32,000 bases of DNA from Cereibacter sphaeroides 2.4.1 (GTDB lineage Bacteria; Pseudomonadota; Alphaproteobacteria; Rhodobacterales; Rhodobacteraceae). Position numbers and translations under genes: made by a program. Shown in pieces: positions 1 through 7,211 of this stretch (its first letter is position 1; each line of letters starts with the position of its first letter). The notes beneath the pieces were generated by a model. That model made no database searches. It worked only from the letters and a program-made list of their open reading frames with translations, and had not been told where the DNA came from. The stretch spans positions 2,280,001-2,312,000 of the forward strand of contig NC_007493.2 of the NCBI RefSeq assembly GCF_000012905.2, given 5' to 3'.

Positions 1-495
1 CCCGTGCGGCTTGTAGAGGAGGCTCCGCCAGCCGGGATCGGCCGCGGAACAGAGCGCGTCGGCCGCGTCGTAGGCGCGGTGCCAGATCTCGGCCCATTCG
101 CCGTTGCGGCTGACGCCCTGCACGAGGCCCCAGTCGGGCGCCCCCTGCCGGAAGCGGCGCACGAGGCCCGCATCGTACCAGGCATCGACCACCATCGGCG
201 GGCGCACCGCGGCGAGCCAGTCGTGGATCGGGTTCGGCCCCGTGGGCGCGGCGAAGGCCTTCACCACCATGGCCTCGAGCGTGGCGCGGAAGCGGCGCGT
301 CTCGACGAACTGCGCCGCGGCCCAGAGATTGCCCTGCGCGCGCCGGGGCACCCGCACCTCGGCCTCGATCCGGGCCGAGAGCGCGGCGGGCGCGGCGAGC
401 GCCCCGCCGAGCGCGGCCACGCCCGGCCCCAGATAGGGCACGACCCGGCCCTGCCCCACCGCTTCGAGCGCCACGCGCAGCATCTCGCGCGTCAT
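1..495 (-). CDS. SIR2-like (SIR2_2-type) domain protein, 5' part only; gene continues beyond the left edge
   Basis: Absent from the ORF track because it has no stop inside the window. The reverse complement from ATG (cat at 493-495) is open for all 165 codons down to position 1, with third positions as G/C-biased as in neighbouring genes. The translation is MTREMLRVALEAVGQGRVVPYLGPGVAALGG...NPIHDWLAAVRPPMVVDAWYDAGLVRRF...WRSLLYKPHG. It shows the landmark order I associate with SIR2_2-type Rossmann domains: an N-terminal hhPxLGxG loop, an hhhDxxYD strand, then K-x-HG. It starts 4 nt after the nifT stop. Confidence 0.55.
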   Translation of the reverse strand, partial: MTREMLRVALEAVGQGRVVPYLGPGVAALGGALAAPAALSARIEAEVRVPRRAQGNLWAAAQFVETRRFRATLEAMVVKAFAAPTGPNPIHDWLAAVRPPMVVDAWYDAGLVRRFRQGAPDWGLVQGVSRNGEWAEIWHRAYDAADALCSAADPGWRSLLYKPHG

Positions 496-499
496 GGGC

Positions 500-715
500 T
501 CATTCCTCCCGGTCGGTCAGGCGGCGCGCCTCGACCGTGATCGGCAGCGCGGGCGGCGCGTCATAGGCGGGCATCTGGAAGATCCAGCCATTGCCGAGCC
601 TGGCCCAGCCGCCCCACATGCCGGGCTTTTCCATGGCCACCACCGGCTCCTCGAGGTCCTTCTTGGCCACATAGGCCACGAAGCCCTTGGCGCCTTCGCT
701 GATCATCACCTTCAT
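500..715 (-). CDS. nifT: NifT/FixU nitrogen fixation protein
   Basis: ORF 500..895 trimmed to the ATG at 715. MKVMISEGAKGFVAYVAKKDLEEPVVAMEKPGMWGGWARLGNGWIFQMPAYDAPPALPITVEARRL fits the ~70-aa NifT/FixU family (KKDLEE, WGG, LPITVEAR). There is an ATGA start/stop overlap with nifZ. Confidence 0.85.
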   Translation of the reverse strand: MKVMISEGAKGFVAYVAKKDLEEPVVAMEKPGMWGGWARLGNGWIFQMPAYDAPPALPITVEARRLTDREE

Positions 716-996
716 CGCGATCCCTCCTGTGGATTGTCGAGGCCGATCAGCTCGCGCCCGCGCATGCCCACGATGCGTTGGCGTCCGACGAATTCGACCG
801 CATAGATGTAGTAGCGTTGCAGATAGGTGCCGATGTCTCGCACATAGCCCACATCGCCCTTGTGGACGACGACCTCGCCCAGTTCGGCATCCCACATCGT
901 TCCGTCGTTCTTGACGGTGAAGCGGGAACGTACCTTCTCGCCCGGCTCGAACAGGGGCGGGGCGTAGATCTCCACGGTGTCGTCAGGCTCCGGCAT
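712..996 (-). CDS. nifZ: NifZ (nitrogenase MoFe protein P-cluster maturation)
   Basis: 94-aa ORF. FEPGEKVRS..VKNDGT...GEVVVHKGDVGYVRDIGTYLQRYYIYAVEFVGRQRIVGMRGRELI is the NifZ signature. Its ATG lies 14 nt inside the preceding lrv gene. Confidence 0.88.
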   Translation of the reverse strand: MPEPDDTVEIYAPPLFEPGEKVRSRFTVKNDGTMWDAELGEVVVHKGDVGYVRDIGTYLQRYYIYAVEFVGRQRIVGMRGRELIGLDNPQEGSR

Positions 997-1750
997 CGCT
1001 GTCCTCGTGCAACTGGGCGAGCCGCCGACGGGCGGCCTCGCGGATCAGGGGGTCCTCGTCCCGCGCGAGGCTCCGGGCGAGCGGCGCGGGCGCGCGCTCG
1101 GCCACGGCGTGGCGGACGCGCAGATCGGGATCGGCTGCGAAGGCGCCTAGCCGCTCGGGCGCGATCCGAAGGGCCGCGGTGCGGCGCACGAGCGGCTCGG
1201 GATCGCCGCGCAGATGGATGAGCCAGGCCGGGTCGATGCGGGCTGCCACCGCGCGGCGCACTTCGGGATCGGGATCCTGTGCGAGGACGGGCAGCGCGCC
1301 CGCCTCGGCCCGGCGGGCCACGACGAGGCGCACCGCGGGATCGGCATCGCGCCTCAGCAGATGCAGGTCCGACGGCGGCAGGCGGTGGGCGACCGCGATC
1401 CGCACCGCGCGGTCGGGATCGGCCACGAGACGGCGCGCCTGCGCGGCGGGCAGGCGCAGGATCGCCACCGCCCGCACTGCCGGGTCCGGATCCTCGAGAA
1501 GCGGCGGCAGGCGGAACAGGTTCGCCCGTCGCGCGGCCTGGGCCCGGACCTCGAAATAGGGATGGGTGAGGAAGGCATCCGCCAGCTCGGGACCGAGCAG
1601 GAAGAACCGCTCGATCCGCGGCGCGTAGCGATCGTTGGCGCAGGCCCAGCCCGGCCCGCAGAGCCCTTCGGCCAGCCGCCCGACATGGCGGCAGCCGCCG
1701 CAATCGACGGCGGCGCCCTGCCAGTCGAGGGGCTCCGGGCCCTCGGGCAT
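983..1750 (-). CDS. 4Fe-4S leucine-rich-repeat-variant (LRV) protein, nif-associated
   Basis: The 523-aa track ORF 983..2554 is a composite and was trimmed to the ATG at 1750 (MPEGPEPLDW...), giving 255 aa. The N-terminus has four Cys (C-GG-C-x10-C-x5-C), followed by eight 24-residue DPDPxVRxxVAxRL-type repeats. This architecture matches the LRV Fe-S protein described from the Azotobacter nif region. The junction with the fdxN stop is TGATG (1-nt overlap). Confidence 0.8.
   Translation of the reverse strand: MPEGPEPLDWQGAAVDCGGCRHVGRLAEGLCGPGWACANDRYAPRIERFFLLGPELADAFLTHPYFEVRAQAARRANLFRLPPLLEDPDPAVRAVAILRLPAAQARRLVADPDRAVRIAVAHRLPPSDLHLLRRDADPAVRLVVARRAEAGALPVLAQDPDPEVRRAVAARIDPAWLIHLRGDPEPLVRRTAALRIAPERLGAFAADPDLRVRHAVAERAPAPLARSLARDEDPLIREAARRRLAQLHEDSDAGA
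1016..1564 (-). repeat. Eight tandem 72-nt (24-codon) intragenic LRV repeats
   Basis: Counted by hand in the translation. Units begin HPYFEVRAQAA, DPDPAVRAVA, DPDRAVRIAVA, DADPAVRLVVA, DPDPEVRRAVA, DPEPLVRRTAA, DPDLRVRHAVA, DEDPLIREAA, each exactly 24 residues after the previous one. Confidence 0.8.
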
Positions 1751-1944
1751 CAGGCCGGCACGCAGGTCTTGGGCACCGGGCAGACCGAGGCGCATTGCGG
1801 CGTCTCGAACCGGCCCGCGCATTCGGTGCAGAGCAGGGGGTCGATGCGGAAGGCCGCGCCGGCGGGGCCGATGGCCGAGCTCGGACATTCGATCTCGCAG
1901 GCGCCGCAGGCGGTGCAGAGGGCGGTCACGATCCGGTAGGGCAT
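1750..1944 (-). CDS. fdxN: nif-specific 2[4Fe-4S] ferredoxin (ferredoxin III)
   Basis: 64 aa with two cluster motifs, CTACGACEIECP and CTEC-x8-C-ASVCP. AAGGAGG lies 5 nt upstream of the ATG. The gene sits 12 nt after the nifB stop. Confidence 0.88.
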   Translation of the reverse strand: MPYRIVTALCTACGACEIECPSSAIGPAGAAFRIDPLLCTECAGRFETPQCASVCPVPKTCVPA

Positions 1945-1956
1945 GGCGGACCTCCT

Positions 1957-3432
1957 TCAGGCGCTGAGCGCGCCCGCGTCGGGGCTGCGGTTGCGGTCGG
2001 CATAGAGGTCGAGGAGCGCGGTCTCGATGTAATCCATGGCGCAGGCGTCGATCACCTCGATGCCAGCTTCGGCCATCCGGGACCGCGGCCCCTCGCCGAT
2101 GCGGGCGCAGAGCACGACCGGCACACCGTCGAGCGTGCGGACGATCTCGGTCAGCCGGTCGCTCTCGCCGTGGCCGCCCACGCAGTAATTGTCGGCCCGC
2201 CGGTGAGTGAGGAAGCGCACACCGCCCGCATCCACCTCGTAGATCTGGAACTCGGTGGCATGGCCGAAATGCTGGTTGATGCGCCCGCCGCCCTTGGTGC
2301 AGACGGCCACGCGCATCGGCGGCGCGGCGAGGGCGGCGGCCTCGGCCTGCGCGGCCTCGGTCGCGGCGCGCCGGTCGGCCCGCTCGCGCGCCACCCAGTC
2401 GCGATAGGCTGCGCGCTTCTCCTCGCCATCCTCCGCGACCGTCTCGGGCAGCTTGTCGAGCGTGAACTCCTGCCCGCGGTCCTCGCCCAGCATCCCCACC
2501 GCATCGGCGCGGCACTGGCGGCAGTGCTTCATCAGGTTCGCCCCGTCGCCGCACTGGTCCTGCACCGCCCGAAGCTCGGCCGCCGTCGGGCCACGCTGGC
2601 CGGTGAGGCCGAAATGGGTGCCATGCGCCGGATCCGAGATCAGCGGCATGATGTTGTGCAGGAACGCGCCCCGGGCCTTCACCTCCCGGTTCAGCTCGAC
2701 CATGCCCGCATCGTTGATGCCGGGGATCAGGACCGAATTCACCTTCACCAGCACCCCGCGGGCGACCAGCATGTCGAGCGCCTCCATCTGGCGCGCGAGG
2801 AGGATCGCCGCCCCCTCAACCCCCTCGTGTCGCTTGCCGCGGAAGAAGACCCACGGATAGATCTTCGCTCCCACCTCGGGATCGAGCGTGTTGATGGTCA
2901 GCGTCACATGGTCGATGTTCATCGCCACGATCTCCTCGACATGATCGGGCATGGCGAGCCCGTTGGAGGAGAGGCAGAGCTTGATGTCGGGCAGCTGCGA
3001 CTGGACCTTGTCGAAGGTGGCCTTCGTCTTCTTCCAGTCATAGGCCGCATCGCCCGGGCCCGCGATGCCCAGCACCGACAGCTGCGGCACCTCGGCGGCC
3101 ACGGCCAGCACCTTGCGCGCCGCCTGCTCGGGCGTCAGCCGCTCGGAGACGACGCCGGGGCGGCTCTCGTTGGCGCAGTCATACTTGCGGTTGCAGTAGT
3201 TGCACTGGATGTTGCAGGCGGGCGCCACCGAGACATGCATCCGCGCGAAATAATGGTGCGCCTCTTCGGAATAGCAGGGGTGATCCTTAACCTTGGCCCA
3301 GGTCGCCGGGTCCATGTCGGCGGGTCCCGCCTTCGTCCCGCAGGAGGAAGCGGTGCAGCCGCCCGCCATCGCCTGCCCGAGCTCGTCGCGCGACGCGACC
3401 TGTAGTCCGCCCAGCGAGATGATGTTGGCCAT
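1957..3432 (-). CDS. nifB: NifB, radical-SAM FeMo-cofactor biosynthesis protein with C-terminal NifX-like domain
   Basis: ORF 1957..3663 trimmed to the ATG at 3432 (MANIISLGG..., GGAG upstream), giving 491 aa. It has the radical-SAM motif CNIQCNYC, HPCYSEEAHHYFARMHV, and a C-terminal RVAVCTKGGGRINQHFGHA NifX/NafY-type module. Confidence 0.93.
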   Translation of the reverse strand: MANIISLGGLQVASRDELGQAMAGGCTASSCGTKAGPADMDPATWAKVKDHPCYSEEAHHYFARMHVSVAPACNIQCNYCNRKYDCANESRPGVVSERLTPEQAARKVLAVAAEVPQLSVLGIAGPGDAAYDWKKTKATFDKVQSQLPDIKLCLSSNGLAMPDHVEEIVAMNIDHVTLTINTLDPEVGAKIYPWVFFRGKRHEGVEGAAILLARQMEALDMLVARGVLVKVNSVLIPGINDAGMVELNREVKARGAFLHNIMPLISDPAHGTHFGLTGQRGPTAAELRAVQDQCGDGANLMKHCRQCRADAVGMLGEDRGQEFTLDKLPETVAEDGEEKRAAYRDWVARERADRRAATEAAQAEAAALAAPPMRVAVCTKGGGRINQHFGHATEFQIYEVDAGGVRFLTHRRADNYCVGGHGESDRLTEIVRTLDGVPVVLCARIGEGPRSRMAEAGIEVIDACAMDYIETALLDLYADRNRSPDAGALSA

Positions 3433-3470
3433 GTTCCGGTCTCCGACTGTGCTGTGTCGGATTTCGGAGA

Positions 3471-3486
3471 AGCACGGGGCGTGCCA
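3471..3486 (-). promoter_or_regulatory. sigma-54 (-24/-12) promoter of the nifB operon
   Basis: The minus strand reads TGGCAC-GCCCC-GTGCT. GG and GC are spaced exactly as in TGGCAC-N5-TTGCW. The element lies about 40 nt upstream of the nifB ATG and directly downstream of nifA. Confidence 0.7.
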
Positions 3487-3538
3487 GGTGGCGGAAGGCC
3501 TGTGCCGGAAGGCGCCTGCCGCCGCTCGCGGCCGCGAG

Positions 3539-3554
3539 GGTCGCAAATGCGACA
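3539..3554. promoter_or_regulatory. NifA UAS-like palindrome (TGT-N10-ACA with one mismatch)
   Basis: GGTCGCAAATGCGACA matches TGT-N10-ACA except that the first T is G, and it contains the perfect palindrome GTCGCA-AA-TGCGAC. It is centred about 60 bp upstream of the -24 element. An extra TGTCGCA half-site lies at 3581-3587. Confidence 0.45.
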
Positions 3555-3678
3555 AGGGTCGGCCGGCGCGGCGGGATATTTGTCGCACCCCGGCCGCAGG
3601 GCCGAGGCGCGCGGCCTGCAGGTCCTCCCGACGATCCGCCGGCGCGCGGCGCACCGCTCTCATTGCGGCGGTGGCGGG

Positions 3679-5424
3679 CTAGAACTTCTCGACCCGGATG
3701 TTGTATTTCTTCAGCGCATAGCCGATCTGGCGCGGGGTCATGCCGCGCAGGCGCGCGGCCTTGGCCTGCACCCAGCCGGCTCGCTCCATCGCCTCGATCA
3801 GCGCCTCGCGCTCGGCCGCCTCGCCGTCGAGCGGCGCGGAGGGGACGGTCGGCGGCGGGGGTGGCGGCGCGCTGGGGGCGGCTGCGGGCGGGCGGCTGCC
3901 CAGAACCGGCAGCTCCAGCGGCCCCTGCGCGAGCCCGCCCACCGGCGAGGCCGATCCGGTCTGGAGCCGCCAGAGATCGGCCGACAGGCAATGGTCGTGG
4001 TGGCAGGCCAGATCGTCGGCGTGGATCACCGTCTCGGGCGAGAGGGCCGCCACACGCGCGATGCAGTTCTCGAGCTCGCGCACGTTGCCGGGGAAGTTGC
4101 ACTGGGCAAGCGCGGCCACAGCCGAGGGATGCAGCTTCTTCTTCATCCCGTTGCGCTTGTTGAACCGCTCGAGCAGCCCCTGCGCCAGAAGGCCGATGTC
4201 CTCCTTGCGGTCGCGCAGCGGCGGCAGCACGATGGGCACCACGCAGATGCGGAAATAGAGGTCGGCGCGGAAGGTGCCGTTCGCCACCGCCCGCTCGAGA
4301 TCCTTGTTCGTGGCCGTCACCAGCCGGACATCGACGCGCAGCGTGCGCGTGCCCCCCACCCGCTCGAACTCGCCCTCCTGCAGGATGCGCAGGAGCTTGG
4401 CCTGAAACTCGAGGCTGATTTCGCCGATCTCGTCGAGAAACAGCGTGCCGCCCTCGGCCATCTCGAACCGGCCCTTCTTCTGCTGGACGGCGCCGGTGAA
4501 GGAGCCCTTCTCATGTCCGAACAGTTCGGATTCGAGCAGCGACTGGCTCAGCGCCGCGCAGTTGACCTTGATGAAGGCCTTGTCGCGCCGCTCGGACAGC
4601 GCATGGAGCGCGCGAGCGAAGACCTCCTTGCCGGTGCCGCTCTCGCCGCGCAGCAGGACGGGCGTGTGGGTGCCCGCCACCTTGCGGATCTGGCCGATCA
4701 CGCGCTGGATGGCGGGGGAGGAGCCGATCACCCCCTCGAGCGCCTCGGCCGGCGCCTCGACGGGCGGGCCCGCGGTCGCCTCGGCCGCGACCCGGATCGC
4801 CTCGCGCGCCTCCTGCACGATCCGGTCGCGGTCGCGGGCGACGAGACGGCGGAAGCGGATCGACTGTTCGAGCACCGCCGCCACCATGTTCAGGACGCGC
4901 AGGTCGGTGTCGAGGTAGCGCGCGCCATTGTCCTTGAGGCTGCGGTAGGCGCAGAGCACGCCCAGCACGAAGGGCGAATTGGCCTGATCGCGGATCGGCA
5001 CCGCCACCAGCGCCTGCCGGCTGTCGCCGAGGCCCGGCGGCAGCGCCTCGGCGCCGAACTCCTCGAGGATGTCGCAGGAAACGAGCGACACGCCGTTGCG
5101 GAAGACATGCCGCGCCACCTGCGCGGGGATCGCGCGGGCCTCGGCCCCGGCGGGCGGCACGCCCGAGGCGGTGGCCGCGATCACATAGGGATTGACGTGG
5201 CGGGCATTGCGCTGGGTCTCGGCCTGCGCCCCCTCCTGCAGGAGGGCGAGCGCGCCGTGCCGCAGACCCATGAAGGCGCCCAGCACCCCGAACACTGCAG
5301 GCATGCAGGCGATCGGATCGCTCGCGCCGGTCAGAAGCTTGGCGATCTCGCAGAGCGCGTCGAGGGTCAGATATTCCTCACCCCGTTCGGCCACTGCGCC
5401 GGACCGTGCCGCGGACGTGTCCAT
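3679..5424 (-). CDS. nifA: NifA, sigma-54-dependent nif transcriptional activator (GAF - AAA+ - HTH)
   Basis: The central domain has [21 protein letters not shown], and LFLDEIGE...[15 protein letters not shown]. An N-terminal GAF-like region is present. An interdomain C-HHDH-C (Cys-X4-Cys) matches the oxygen-sensitive alphaproteobacterial NifA type. The C-terminal HTH reads [19 protein letters not shown]. The ATG at 5424 has GGAGG 7 nt upstream; the track start at 5427 is a GTG one codon earlier. Confidence 0.93.
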   Translation of the reverse strand: MDTSAARSGAVAERGEEYLTLDALCEIAKLLTGASDPIACMPAVFGVLGAFMGLRHGALALLQEGAQAETQRNARHVNPYVIAATASGVPPAGAEARAIPAQVARHVFRNGVSLVSCDILEEFGAEALPPGLGDSRQALVAVPIRDQANSPFVLGVLCAYRSLKDNGARYLDTDLRVLNMVAAVLEQSIRFRRLVARDRDRIVQEAREAIRVAAEATAGPPVEAPAEALEGVIGSSPAIQRVIGQIRKVAGTHTPVLLRGESGTGKEVFARALHALSERRDKAFIKVNCAALSQSLLESELFGHEKGSFTGAVQQKKGRFEMAEGGTLFLDEIGEISLEFQAKLLRILQEGEFERVGGTRTLRVDVRLVTATNKDLERAVANGTFRADLYFRICVVPIVLPPLRDRKEDIGLLAQGLLERFNKRNGMKKKLHPSAVAALAQCNFPGNVRELENCIARVAALSPETVIHADDLACHHDHCLSADLWRLQTGSASPVGGLAQGPLELPVLGSRPPAAAPSAPPPPPPTVPSAPLDGEAAEREALIEAMERAGWVQAKAARLRGMTPRQIGYALKKYNIRVEKF

Positions 5425-5655
5425 CACCAGACCTCCGTCTAACTCTTACTGTCAAACCATGTTTGCGCCTTGCGGCGCCTCTGTCCAATACGGCTGAAGC
5501 GGCGGATCGCACAAAGGGCGATCCAGCACAATCACCCGGCGAATTGGCCGCACCGCTCGCAGGGCTGGTGAATAATTGCTCACATGACGTGCCCGATTAC
5601 GGGGCGCCCTGCGAATCGCGAAGCGTGAAATGCACGGGCCTTTCGGCAGGCAGAT

Positions 5656-5681
5656 CCGCCCCCGGACGGGGCCGGAGGCGG
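5656..5681 (-). terminator. GC-rich hairpin downstream of the rhodanese gene (terminator or processing hairpin, no U-tract)
   Basis: The minus-strand RNA CCGCCUCCGG-N6-CCGGGGGCGG forms a 10-bp stem including one G-U pair. It begins about 22 nt after the rhodanese stop. A second 6-bp hairpin, CGCGCC-N6-GGCGCG, lies just before it. Confidence 0.3.
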
Positions 5682-5703
5682 TCTGCGCGCCACTGGCGGC
5701 GCG

Positions 5704-6099
5704 CTACATGCCCGGATCGATGGGCTCTTCCACCGCGCCGCCGCCCTCGGCCCAGTCCTTGAGACCGCCGAGATTGTAGACCTCGGAGAAGCCCATCTCC
5801 TGCAGGACCTTGCCCGCCAGCGCCGCCCTGCCGCCGGAGGCGCAGTGCAGCACGATGGGTCGGTCGCGGCGCAGGGCCGGGTCATGATAGGGCGAGTCCG
5901 GATCGGCGCGGAACTCCAGCATCCCGCGCGGGATATTGTGCGAGCCTTCTGCGCGCCCTGTCTTCTCGATCTCGGGCGCGTCGCGGATGTCGAGCAGGAG
6001 CGCGCCTTTTTCCGCCATGAGCTTCCGGGCGCGCTCGGCGTCGATCCTCTCTACGGCCGCGTTGGCAGCGGCCATCATCTCCTTCAGCGTGGTGCTCAT
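5704..6099 (-). CDS. single-domain rhodanese-like sulfurtransferase
   Basis: ORF 5704..6228 trimmed to the ATG at 6099 (MSTTLKEMM...), with GAGGAGAGGGAGG upstream; 131 aa. LLDIRD...GHIxG-like EGSHNIP, and the active-site loop HCASGGRA with a catalytic Cys are present. Confidence 0.8.
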   Translation of the reverse strand: MSTTLKEMMAAANAAVERIDAERARKLMAEKGALLLDIRDAPEIEKTGRAEGSHNIPRGMLEFRADPDSPYHDPALRRDRPIVLHCASGGRAALAGKVLQEMGFSEVYNLGGLKDWAEGGGAVEEPIDPGM

Positions 6100-6411
6100 T
6101 GCCTCCCTCTCCTCACCGGGGGCCGGCCGATCCGGCCCACGGACAGAGCCTAGATCCGGCGCGCGCCGCCTGTCCACGCGCGACCGGCCGCACCCGCGCC
6201 ACCCTCCGGTCCTCGCCCGCCGGCGCACGGGAAGGTGATGGCGGCAGTCTGCCCGCCGGGCGGCGCCGCGCCCTGCCGCCCTTTCCAGCCATGGCCATCG
6301 TGGCTATGATGCGCCCGCCGCGACACGCCGCGGCTTTCGGGGCAGGAGACCGGCCGCAGGACCCGGTCTGGCAACAGACGCGGAGCAAACCCGCGCACGA
6401 AGGGGCGAGCG

Positions 6412-7194
6412 ATGTCACATCCGATCTTTCGGAACTGGGCTCTCGTGGCGGCGGCCGGGCTGGTGCTCGGCGCGTGTGACCGCGTGCGGGAAGCCACGGG
6501 CTTCGGCCCCGCCGAGGGGGGCGCTGCCGCAGTGATCGTGCCGGCGCAGGCCCCCGTGGGCGCGGATGTCGAGGCACCCGAGGCCTACCAGACCACCGAC
6601 AAGGCCCTCTGGGACGGGCGTCCGTCGCTCGGCGGGATCTGGGTCGCGGCACCCGACGTGAAGGATCCCGAGCGCGTGGTGATGGTCAATCCCGCGAACA
6701 ACCGCTCGGTCGTGGGCGCGCTCTTCCGGCGCGAACGCGAGAATCCGGGGCCGAAACTGCAGCTGTCCTCCGATGCGGCCGAGGCGTTGGGTCTTTTGGC
6801 GGGCCAACCCGCCACCATCCGCGTGACCGCGCTGCGCCGCAAGGAAGCGGCAGAGGCCGCCGCGACGGACGCGTCCGTGAGCCAGCCCGCTCCCCAGCCA
6901 GCCACAGAGGCTGGTCCCGCCTTCCTCGCCACGGAGCCCCGGACCGCGAGCCCCGCCCCGGTGGCCGGCGGGCGCACGATCCGCGTGGGCAGCTTCGGCC
7001 AGCCCGAGAATGCCCGCCGCACCGCCGACCGCCTCACCGAAGGCGGCGTGCCCGCCCGCGTCGCCGAAGTGCGGCAGGGCGGAACTTCGCTCTGGACCGT
7101 CCTCGCCGGTCCCGCCCCCTCCGACGAGGCCCCGGCCCTTCTGGCCCGGGTCAAGGGCCTAGGCTTCGCCGACGCCCATCTTCTCGCCCGCTGA
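6412..7194 (+). CDS. SPOR-domain lipoprotein (RlpA-like position upstream of a PBP5/6 gene)
   Basis: The signal peptide has a lipobox (LVLGAC). The C-terminal SPOR-type module reads RTIRVGSFGQPENARRTADRL...WTVLAGPAPSDEAPALLARVKGLGFADAHL. Confidence 0.7.
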   Translation: MSHPIFRNWALVAAAGLVLGACDRVREATGFGPAEGGAAAVIVPAQAPVGADVEAPEAYQTTDKALWDGRPSLGGIWVAAPDVKDPERVVMVNPANNRSVVGALFRRERENPGPKLQLSSDAAEALGLLAGQPATIRVTALRRKEAAEAAATDASVSQPAPQPATEAGPAFLATEPRTASPAPVAGGRTIRVGSFGQPENARRTADRLTEGGVPARVAEVRQGGTSLWTVLAGPAPSDEAPALLARVKGLGFADAHLLAR

Positions 7195-7211
7195 CAGGAA
7201 AGGACGCACCC

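Noticed and set aside
4-540. 178-aa plus-strand ORF at the left edge
   Set aside because: Its translation is Arg/Gly/Pro-rich noise. The minus strand across the same bases is open to the window edge, has proper codon bias, starts 4 nt after nifT, and gives a SIR2-like sequence.
983-2554. 523-aa minus-strand ORF suggesting one large protein across the lrv, fdxN and nifB 3' regions
   Set aside because: Only the last 255 codons (from the ATG at 1750) make a sensible LRV protein. The upstream part runs out of frame through fdxN and nifB, which are independently well supported.
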